This document shows, piece after piece, positions 9,480 through 17,795 of a stretch of DNA of 64,000 nt. The stretch is from Candidatus Levyibacteriota bacterium (lineage in GTDB: Bacteria; Patescibacteriota; Microgenomatia; Levybacterales; UBA12049), in NCBI GenBank assembly GCA_043823085.1, contig JBDRBE010000004.1, positions 69,510 to 133,509 of the forward strand, read 5' to 3'. The stretch's first letter is position 1. Each line of letters opens with the position of its first letter. The position numbers and the translations under genes are program-made. The notes under the pieces are model-generated. The model ran no database searches and was not told where the DNA came from. It was given only the letters and a program-made list of their open reading frames with translations.

Positions 9480-10541
9480 TTGGTCCAATTAATAAAAACA
9501 GTCGATCCAAAAGATCTTTTTACTAATTACCTTTACTTTTCTTCGGTCACAAAATCAATAGTAGATCATAGTAAAAAAACTTCAGCCTGTTTTATAGACA
9601 GATTCAAATTAAACCATTGTAATCTCGTTCTTGAAATTGGAAGCAACGATGGCGTTAATCTGCAATTCTATAAAGAAAAAGGGATGAACGTCCTGGGAAT
9701 TGACCCTGCAAAAAATATTGCAGAAATAGCCAATAAAAAAGGGATAAAAACAATTCCCGAGTTTTTTAACTTGGAATTGGCGAAAAAATTATCTTCGCAA
9801 GGGCTAAAAGCAGACTTGATTTATGGAGCTAATGTTTTTGCTCATGTTCCAAACATCGTAGATTTTGTAAAAGGTGTAAAAACTATCTTAAAAGATAACG
9901 GGACTTGCGTGTTTGAATTTCCTTATCTCAAGGGTTTACTTGAGAATAAATTTGACACTATTTATCATGAACATGTTTTTTATTATTCACTTATAGCATT
10001 AAAGAATTTATTTAATAAGGTAGATTTGGGAATATACGATGTTGAACAAATTCCAATGCAAGGTGGTTCACTTCGAATATTTATATCTCACAAAAAAAGG
10101 TTTAATGTTTCCCAAAATGTAAAAAAACTGCAGGAAAAAGAAATAAAAGAAAAATACAATAAGCTGGAAAGATATATGAAAATGGCAGAGGATGTTAATA
10201 ATTTAAAAAAAGAAACTATTAAATTTCTTAAAGATTTAAAAAGTAAAAATAAAAGTATCGCTGGGTATGGCGCTCCGGCAAAAGGAATAATTCTTCTTAA
10301 TTTTTTTAAAATAAGTAGATATCTTAACTATATTGTTGATAAATCTCCTGTAAAGCAAAATAAATATGTTCCGGGCATTCATTTTTTAATTTATTCTCCA
10401 TCCAAAATTAGGCAAGAAATACCCGACTACCTTTTTATTTTTCCGTGGAACATAAAAAGTGAGATATTGTCGGAATACTCCTGGTTTAAAAAACAAGGAG
10501 GAAAGTTTATTATTCCAATTCCCAGGCTACAAGTAATTTAA
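9480..10541 (+). CDS. Sugar C-methyltransferase body (TcaB9-like). True gene is probably 9332..10541 with a frameshift at the A10 tract.
   Basis: VLEIGSNDG SAM motif and YHEHVFYYS, paralogous to 934..2175. The upstream frame reads ..KKKKKIDLSIGFCPNCYLVQL, which completes the zinc ribbon. Confidence 0.7.
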   Translation: MVQLIKTVDPKDLFTNYLYFSSVTKSIVDHSKKTSACFIDRFKLNHCNLVLEIGSNDGVNLQFYKEKGMNVLGIDPAKNIAEIANKKGIKTIPEFFNLELAKKLSSQGLKADLIYGANVFAHVPNIVDFVKGVKTILKDNGTCVFEFPYLKGLLENKFDTIYHEHVFYYSLIALKNLFNKVDLGIYDVEQIPMQGGSLRIFISHKKRFNVSQNVKKLQEKEIKEKYNKLERYMKMAEDVNNLKKETIKFLKDLKSKNKSIAGYGAPAKGIILLNFFKISRYLNYIVDKSPVKQNKYVPGIHFLIYSPSKIRQEIPDYLFIFPWNIKSEILSEYSWFKKQGGKFIIPIPRLQVI

Positions 10542-10562
10542 CATGACACCTTTGTTAGAAAA

Positions 10563-11447
10563 ATGAAAGCGAATGTTATACAAAAAGAATTCCCTAATTT
10601 AAAAGTTTCTGTTTTATCAGTGGGAAAACATAAAAACAATCCTTTAAGAAATGAAGACGGATGGGTAGCAAAAGTAAATACGTTTGCAGTTATAGATGGT
10701 TCTGCTCCTCGTGTAGATTTAAGATTTGAAGGGAAAAGTAGTGCAAGATTTGCAACAGATGTGGTAAGAAAAGTTTTACTAACAACACCGCCGGATGTTA
10801 ATGGAAAAGAGTTAGTCTCAGAAATTACAACTGCTCTTAATAGAGAAATTAATAGAGAAGGCTATAGAAAGGTTATTCAAAAAAACAAAGAGGCAACTCC
10901 TGCGGCACTTTTTACAACCGCTCGAATTGTTGGAGATAAGGTTATCGTTACCGGGCTTGGGGATATTTCCTGTAGAATAAATGAGAAAGTAATTCACTCG
11001 GATCATTTCAAGTCGGAAGATTTGATGACAGAAAAAAGAATTTTGGCAATGAAAAACGCCAAAAAGAAAAATCCTTCAATTTCGGATGAAGAATTGGTTG
11101 CAATTGGCCAGAAGACAATAAAAGATGATTTAATATATCAGGTTAAAAATTACTTTAACAATTCAAATAGCGACTTAGGTCTTGGCATTATTGATGGGGA
11201 AGAAGTGCCGGAAAAATTCATAAAAGAGTACAAATATGATTTAAAAGATGTTAAAACATTGGAGTTATTTTCAGATGGCTATTATAGTTTCCCAGACTTT
11301 CCAAGTATTGATTTATGGGAAGAAAAATTTTTTCAAGGAGAAAAAGAAGATCCTTTAAGATGGAATAAATATCCGGCCGTTAAGGCAGTTCTTCCAGGTC
11401 AGTTTTCAGATGACAGAACAATTTTAATTGTTGCTTTCAATAAGTAG
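10563..11447 (+). CDS. PP2C-like (PPM fold) protein, possibly a degenerate phosphatase
   Basis: FAVIDGSAP, ARIVGDKVIVTGLGDIS and LFSDGYYS resemble PP2C motifs I, II and the C-terminal motif, but the canonical DGHGG is altered. Confidence 0.35.
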   Translation: MKANVIQKEFPNLKVSVLSVGKHKNNPLRNEDGWVAKVNTFAVIDGSAPRVDLRFEGKSSARFATDVVRKVLLTTPPDVNGKELVSEITTALNREINREGYRKVIQKNKEATPAALFTTARIVGDKVIVTGLGDISCRINEKVIHSDHFKSEDLMTEKRILAMKNAKKKNPSISDEELVAIGQKTIKDDLIYQVKNYFNNSNSDLGLGIIDGEEVPEKFIKEYKYDLKDVKTLELFSDGYYSFPDFPSIDLWEEKFFQGEKEDPLRWNKYPAVKAVLPGQFSDDRTILIVAFNK

Positions 11448-11453
11448 AAAAAA

Positions 11454-13820
11454 ATGAAGATACGATCACCTAAGATTATTTTAATAATAATAATTCTTCT
11501 TTTGACTATCATGCCTTTCTTTTGGCTTAAACCCGGCGAGATGGATTTAGGTGGCGATGGAGGCAGGCTTTACTTTTATGATCCGGTAAACCAGATTAAA
11601 AATTTGGCTTTATATAATAGGTGTGCTTTTGGTATAGGAACAATTGATTCTCCTTTTTCATACCTTCCTTTTATTGGAATACTGGCAATAATAAAGACAA
11701 TTGTTACGTCTTCGTATATTCTTATTTGTTTTCATAACGCATTAAAATTAGCTGTTGGTTTTCTTGCCGTTTATGCGATCGTAAAGCAGTTTATTGGCGG
11801 ATTTAATAAAAATAATTCCCTTGGTGTGGAACTTGCCTCAATGATTGCCGGGCTTTTTTATCTTTCCACCCCTGCGATGACGGAGAATTATGTAAAAGCT
11901 ATTGCAACTCATGATCAAGTATTTCTGAATCCTCTCATGTTTTACCTTTTATTGCGGTTTGCTCTTTCAGGAAAAATGAAATATATGTGGATTGCGCTTA
12001 TTGTAGGTCTTGTTTTTTCAGTGAGCTTTAGTTATATGGGCGCACCTTCCTTTTTTGCTTTTTACCCTCTTGCATTTATTTTTATTCTTTTCTATGGCAC
12101 TTTTATTAGGCATGTTAAGTTTCCATGGAGAAAATTACTGCTTACTTTTGTTTGGTTTTTTGGGCTGCATGCTTTTCATTTAATTCCTGAAGCTTCCGAT
12201 CTATTTACTTTTGGAAGCAATAGCAATACAAGAATGTTTAATATCGAAAGTATAACATCGCAAATCGGTTACTTTTATGCAATATTGCATATTCCAAAGA
12301 CGAGTTTTTATCTTTTCTCTTATTCCTTAACAAGATTTTTGGGACAAGTTGCCTTCGTTGTCCCTTTAATAGTTGTATTGGGATTGATATTTAATAAGAA
12401 GAAAGAAAAGACGATGCTTCTTGTTTTTGTATTCTTTTTAGTGACTTTCTTTTTTGTAACTGGGAAGGTAACGGTTGTTGGCATAAAAATTTATGAATGG
12501 TTTTTTCATGTGCCCGGCTTTTCAATGTTTCGAAATTTTTATGGGCAATGGCAATTTGTATATTATTTCTTTTATTCTCTTCTTTTTGGTTTGGCATTTT
12601 ATTCTGTGATATCTAGAATAAAGTCAAGAATCTTTTTAAAATGTCTTTTTCTGTTTCTGGTTATCTTTTTTACAATAAGCTCGTGGCAATTTATTAATGG
12701 AAGTCTTGTAAATCCATTTAGAGAAGATGCAAATGGGGTGAAAGCAGCAATTATTATGGATCCAAATTATGAAAACACGCTTAAATTTATTCGTTCAATG
12801 CCTGATGATGGAAAAATACTTGTTCTTCCTTTTAGCGATTCCTATATGCAAGTAATTCATGGATTAAATAACGGAGTCTACGTGGGACACTCGACAATTG
12901 GTCAGTTGACAGGAAAAAACGATTTTGCAGGTTATCAAGGCATTTTTCCCTATAGTGATACTTTTTGGCAATTAAGTAAAGAGAAAAACTATAAAGCGAT
13001 AAAAAAAATGTTTGGAATACTAAATATCCATTATATATTTTATAATTCTGACACAAGGATTTATGATACAGCATTTCCTGGTCGGCCATACTCGCCTAAT
13101 TATGTCCGAAAATTTATGCCTCCAGATCAGGCGGGGTATAAGGAATATATCGGAAACCTCTCGAGCGAAAAAATCTTTGAAAGCGGTTTTTATAGTGTTT
13201 ATAAGTTGGAAGATAAATCTTCGCTTCCTCATTTTTACACAGCCCAAAACATTCTTTTCTATAAAGATGATCCCAAATTGACAGGTTATGGAAAAACACT
13301 TGCCTTTTTTAAGGGAAATATTCCGGAAAGACCAGTTTATATAGAAAGTCAAAATTGCAAAAAATTGTTTAAGCAAGAGTTTTGTAGGGAAGATTCTAAT
13401 TTTCCAATGACTGATAGTCCAAAAATCCAATTCGAAAAAATTAATCCAACAAAATATAAATTAACTGTATCTAATGCAAATAACCCTTATATTCTCGTAT
13501 TCTCCGAAGCGTTTCACAGTAACTGGAAGATTTATGCCGGAGTTGCAAAAGAAAAGAATACATTCTTTGGTAAAGATATTTTTGAGACATTTAGTTTAAA
13601 CTCAATATCAAACGATAGACATTTTATTGCAAATGGTTATGCAAATGGTTGGTATATTAAACCGCAGGATTTAGGAGGAAAGCAAGAGTATGAACTTATA
13701 ATAGAAATGACAGGACAAAGAATATTCTATGTGAGTTTAATTTTTTCAGGCATTATATTCATAATCTTTGTTCTTCGGGGAATAATATTTTTTGATATAA
13801 TAAAAAAACGAAAAAAATGA
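11454..13820 (+). CDS. Polytopic membrane protein, YfhO-like architecture (putative GT-C glycosyltransferase), paralog A
   Basis: Many predicted TM helices. Conserved first-loop motif PFFWLKPGEMDLGGDGGRLYFYDP, a large extracytoplasmic domain, C-terminal NGYANGWYIKP, and a final TM anchor. Shared with 14139..17795. Confidence 0.6.
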   Translation: MKIRSPKIILIIIILLLTIMPFFWLKPGEMDLGGDGGRLYFYDPVNQIKNLALYNRCAFGIGTIDSPFSYLPFIGILAIIKTIVTSSYILICFHNALKLAVGFLAVYAIVKQFIGGFNKNNSLGVELASMIAGLFYLSTPAMTENYVKAIATHDQVFLNPLMFYLLLRFALSGKMKYMWIALIVGLVFSVSFSYMGAPSFFAFYPLAFIFILFYGTFIRHVKFPWRKLLLTFVWFFGLHAFHLIPEASDLFTFGSNSNTRMFNIESITSQIGYFYAILHIPKTSFYLFSYSLTRFLGQVAFVVPLIVVLGLIFNKKKEKTMLLVFVFFLVTFFFVTGKVTVVGIKIYEWFFHVPGFSMFRNFYGQWQFVYYFFYSLLFGLAFYSVISRIKSRIFLKCLFLFLVIFFTISSWQFINGSLVNPFREDANGVKAAIIMDPNYENTLKFIRSMPDDGKILVLPFSDSYMQVIHGLNNGVYVGHSTIGQLTGKNDFAGYQGIFPYSDTFWQLSKEKNYKAIKKMFGILNIHYIFYNSDTRIYDTAFPGRPYSPNYVRKFMPPDQAGYKEYIGNLSSEKIFESGFYSVYKLEDKSSLPHFYTAQNILFYKDDPKLTGYGKTLAFFKGNIPERPVYIESQNCKKLFKQEFCREDSNFPMTDSPKIQFEKINPTKYKLTVSNANNPYILVFSEAFHSNWKIYAGVAKEKNTFFGKDIFETFSLNSISNDRHFIANGYANGWYIKPQDLGGKQEYELIIEMTGQRIFYVSLIFSGIIFIIFVLRGIIFFDIIKKRKK

Positions 13821-14152
13821 AAATTACTATATTTTTTTTGAGGAAGTATAAATCAGTTATCATGACTTTGGTTGTGTTGGGAATTATTTCGGATATATTC
13901 TTGATTAGGTTTAAATCAGACTTAATTACGTTTGCGATTCTTGCATTGGTATTTTTTTCCTTTAAATTTTATAAAATTACGAGTAAGATGACGTTCCTTC
14001 TTGGTATTATTCCTACTGTCATTATTTTCCTTTACTTTCTTGTGGATTCAGAATCTCTTTTTGTCGAAAAGGCAGCTATTTGGCTTTTTTTACTATTAGG
14101 GTTAGGTATTATTCAGGAACTATTCATATCCAAAAAAAATGAAAAAATATAG
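13817..14152 (+). CDS. Small 4-TM membrane protein (GtrA-like flippase candidate)
   Basis: 111 aa with four hydrophobic segments. Paralogous to 33899..34249. Wedged between two YfhO-like genes with overlapping stop/start. Confidence 0.45.
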   Translation: MKITIFFLRKYKSVIMTLVVLGIISDIFLIRFKSDLITFAILALVFFSFKFYKITSKMTFLLGIIPTVIIFLYFLVDSESLFVEKAAIWLFLLLGLGIIQELFISKKNEKI

Positions 14153-17100
14153 ATTTGCAATTATTTTAGCAGTTATCCTATTTTTTATTCCATTTTTTTG
14201 GTTAAAACCCGGAGAAATGAATCTGGGTGGCGATTCGGGAAGACTTTATTTTTATGATCCTGGTTCGTATCTTAATTTACGCGTACTTTATAATTATTTA
14301 GGAAGCGGTAACGGCACAGAAATAATTTACTACACGCATTTTCCTTATGTTGCTCTGTTGTTCTTCATCAAACTCATTTTACAATCACCAACAATGCTTA
14401 TTTCTTTTTTTAATGGTCTTACCTTAAGCGTTGCATTCTTTTTTGTCTATCTTTTCGTAAAAGAACTCCTGAGTACAAATGAAAATTCAATTAAATCAGG
14501 ATTCGTTGAGATGTCTTCAATTCTTGCCGGTCTTTTTTACATCCTTTCGCAAATTTCTATTTATAGCGGTTGGGAGAGGCCAATTACTACTTTCAATCAA
14601 ATGTTTCTTAATCCTTTTATGGCATTTTTACTTCTAAAGTTTATGTTAACCCAAAAAAAAGAATATCTAATTTCAGCATTACTAGCAACATTTGTTTTTT
14701 CTGTAAACTTTTCTTTAGTTGGCGCCCCGCCATTTTTTGCTTTTTATCCAATAACAGTACTTTTCCTCTTTCTTTATGCGAAGTTGGTTAGGAAGGTATC
14801 TTTTAAATGGAAATCATTTGTTGCTGGTATAATTCTTTTTCTATTTTTACATGCCTTCCATTTAGTTAATACAATAGATGGTGTTTTCTCTCTTAGCTCC
14901 TCTTATAATTTGACAGTTTTTGCTCTGCAGGGTGAAGCTTCGCGTAATGGGCTTGATTATTTTATTTCTGTGGCGAGTAATATAAAAGCAAGTAGAATTT
15001 GGATGAGTCTTGCTCAGTTTCAAATACAGGCTTACTTTGCGATATTTATTATCTTTCCGGCAGTTTTAGTTGTTTCTTTTTTCCTAAATAAGGGAAAAAC
15101 GTTACTTTTTACAGGATTATTTTTTCTTATCGTTTTGTTCTTTGCTTCTGCAATTACTCAAACTGGCTTTTTCTTCTATAGACAATTGTTTTTAATACCC
15201 GGTTTTAATATGTTTCGTAATTTTCATGGACAGTGGTCATATGTTTTCTTTTTCTTTTACGCATTACTTTTTGGGCAAGCAATCGCCATCGTTGCAAACA
15301 AATCAAGCAAAAGAATCGCCTTGGCTATTTTTACTATTTCTAGCATGGTAATTATTGGGTTTGGCACACCGCTTTTTACAGGAAGTATCTCAATTCCGAT
15401 GGACGCGGAGAAGACAGTGCGTACTAGTTTTAAAATGGATCCAGCCTACGAGCAGGTCTTACAATACTTTAAATCAAATCTAGTTGATGGAAAGGTTCTG
15501 ATGTTTCCGCTAACAGACCATGGTTATCAAATCTTCAAGGGTAAAGAAGGTGGAGTTTATAAAGGGCTTCCGACAATTTCAATTTTAGATGATAAGTCGG
15601 ATTTTGGAGGATACGAAACATTGGGTCCATTTAAAGATATTTTTTTAACTTCCATCAAAAACAATGACTATGAAACTTTTAAAAAAATGCTTTCGGCGAT
15701 GAATATCAAATGGATATTCTATAATTCCGATCCATATATTTATGGCGAACCTTTTTTATCAACGTTGTATGGTTTTGTGTCAAATTACTCACCGAAAGAC
15801 CAACAAGAATATAAGTCATTTATCGAAAAGTTACCGATTAATAAATTAATTGATTTTGGAGAAAAATATCATATCTATTCGGTTAATGACGATATATATT
15901 TCCCTCATATTTATACTTCGACAGATATAGTGTTTACTACCAACCAAATTAATTTGATGTTCGATCCTGAATTTCAAAAAGATATGTATCGGACATTACT
16001 CCCTGTGGAAAGCTCTACAAGTAAAAAAGATTCTATGATTATCTATGGTTTACAAAAATCATTCTTAACCCAAATTAAAGACAATCGTCATTTTCATACA
16101 CATAATCCTTTTATTGGTAGAGCGCTTGATGATTTATTTTATCCGCTAGTAATAGTTAGGGAAAAATTTGATCTTGCTAGACTTAGAAATAAACCCGATC
16201 AGTATCTTGATTTTTCACTCTTTTTGCTTTCGAAAAGAATTCAAGAATTGAATCGTTTTGGAATAAATATGAAAGCCGGTCAGGGTTCTTGGCAAGAACC
16301 CTCCCCGTGGGATTTAAAGAGATGGTTTTCATATAATAGTTGGAATGCAAGCCTAGTGCGTTATGAAAACGCAGTGAATGCGATTATTGATTGGATTGAT
16401 AATTCTGATATTCCAGAAGAAAAGAAAATGCTTAATAAATTAAAAGTTAATGAACAGTTTTCTAAACATGAGCTTCACCTAATAAGTGATGTATATGATT
16501 TTAATAAAGAGGATAACGAAAAAAAATACCTACTTTCTGTTGTTAACAGAATGTTTGAAAGACTTTATAAGAAAGTAAACGTTACAGTTAGCGATCCTTC
16601 TTTATGTATGTATAAATTGCCGACTTTCACCAACCGCGAGGGAGAATATACAGTTTATTTTCGCGGAAAAAACATTCCAGACATTGATCAATCTCAGATA
16701 TTTACTAGGCTCGGAGATCAAACATCAAAAACTCAATTTGCAAACATTAGGGTTGATGAGAGGAGTGAAGCCCAAGTGATTTTAAAGATACCAGTTTCAA
16801 ACATTGTAAAAGAAGAAAAATGGAGTAGTAGCGGCGTCCCAATAGAAGGTTTGAATGGTATTACCTCGTTATCTTTTAGTAATGGATTAGGAGGTTCAAT
16901 AGATGGTCTTACTCTGCAAATTCCAAACTGGATACCGGATTATGCCTATCTTATTTCTTTTGACTATAATACCAATGGCGATGATTTTATTTTTTCATTT
17001 GCTGATAAAAAATCTTCAGAGAAGGCTTTTAAAAAGGTTAATCAAAGATTATTATTCGAAAAAAGATTAAATGCAAAAAATTTTAAGACCCATCAGTCAA

Positions 17101-17795
17101 TTATTTTTGCCGAGGGAGATACTATCGGTGGTTTTTTAAGAATTGTTCCATTCTCCCCAAGAGATACAAGCGAAATAAAAATAAGAAATCTGAAAGTGCA
17201 AAAAATTGAGTATCCAGAACTTTTATTAAGAAAAATTGTTATAGAGCAAAATAAAAGCGAACCACCTCAAGTTACTTTTACAAAAATAAATCCTACAAAA
17301 TATGTTTTAAATATAAAAGGAGTAAAGAATCCCTATTCTCTTATTTTCTTGGAGCAGTATAGTGCAAATTGGAAATTATTCGATACAAGTAGCAATACTA
17401 ATTCATTTGCAGGGGAGATATCGAGATTCTTCGGGCAAATAGGAAAATTATTGATTGGGCTTTTTATAAAAGATAATTCTAAAAATACTATAGTGGCAAA
17501 CTACTTTAATGATAAAGTAAAAGAAGGGGAGTCTAAGAATATATTTATAGAACCAAGCACTTTTGAAACTTGGGGGAAAAATGCTGTTTTTGAACGTGAG
17601 CATATTTCTGTCAATGGATATGCAAATGCATGGTATATAAAACCTAATGGAATGGGTGGAAAGACAGATTATACATTAATTCTCGAGCTTAAAACGCAAA
17701 AACTGTTTTACCCGGCGCTTTTACTGTCACTGGTGACTTTCTTCTCACTCGTGCTTTATTTAATTAAAAAGCTCTTATGGCAAAAAAAACGATAG
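14139..17795 (+). CDS. Polytopic membrane protein, YfhO-like (putative GT-C glycosyltransferase) with a very large extracytoplasmic domain, paralog B
   Basis: 1218 aa. PFFWLKPGEMNLGGDSGRLYFYDP N-terminal motif, C-terminal VNGYANAWYIKP, and a final TM anchor. Confidence 0.6.
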   Translation: MKKYRFAIILAVILFFIPFFWLKPGEMNLGGDSGRLYFYDPGSYLNLRVLYNYLGSGNGTEIIYYTHFPYVALLFFIKLILQSPTMLISFFNGLTLSVAFFFVYLFVKELLSTNENSIKSGFVEMSSILAGLFYILSQISIYSGWERPITTFNQMFLNPFMAFLLLKFMLTQKKEYLISALLATFVFSVNFSLVGAPPFFAFYPITVLFLFLYAKLVRKVSFKWKSFVAGIILFLFLHAFHLVNTIDGVFSLSSSYNLTVFALQGEASRNGLDYFISVASNIKASRIWMSLAQFQIQAYFAIFIIFPAVLVVSFFLNKGKTLLFTGLFFLIVLFFASAITQTGFFFYRQLFLIPGFNMFRNFHGQWSYVFFFFYALLFGQAIAIVANKSSKRIALAIFTISSMVIIGFGTPLFTGSISIPMDAEKTVRTSFKMDPAYEQVLQYFKSNLVDGKVLMFPLTDHGYQIFKGKEGGVYKGLPTISILDDKSDFGGYETLGPFKDIFLTSIKNNDYETFKKMLSAMNIKWIFYNSDPYIYGEPFLSTLYGFVSNYSPKDQQEYKSFIEKLPINKLIDFGEKYHIYSVNDDIYFPHIYTSTDIVFTTNQINLMFDPEFQKDMYRTLLPVESSTSKKDSMIIYGLQKSFLTQIKDNRHFHTHNPFIGRALDDLFYPLVIVREKFDLARLRNKPDQYLDFSLFLLSKRIQELNRFGINMKAGQGSWQEPSPWDLKRWFSYNSWNASLVRYENAVNAIIDWIDNSDIPEEKKMLNKLKVNEQFSKHELHLISDVYDFNKEDNEKKYLLSVVNRMFERLYKKVNVTVSDPSLCMYKLPTFTNREGEYTVYFRGKNIPDIDQSQIFTRLGDQTSKTQFANIRVDERSEAQVILKIPVSNIVKEEKWSSSGVPIEGLNGITSLSFSNGLGGSIDGLTLQIPNWIPDYAYLISFDYNTNGDDFIFSFADKKSSEKAFKKVNQRLLFEKRLNAKNFKTHQSIIFAEGDTIGGFLRIVPFSPRDTSEIKIRNLKVQKIEYPELLLRKIVIEQNKSEPPQVTFTKINPTKYVLNIKGVKNPYSLIFLEQYSANWKLFDTSSNTNSFAGEISRFFGQIGKLLIGLFIKDNSKNTIVANYFNDKVKEGESKNIFIEPSTFETWGKNAVFEREHISVNGYANAWYIKPNGMGGKTDYTLILELKTQKLFYPALLLSLVTFFSLVLYLIKKLLWQKKR

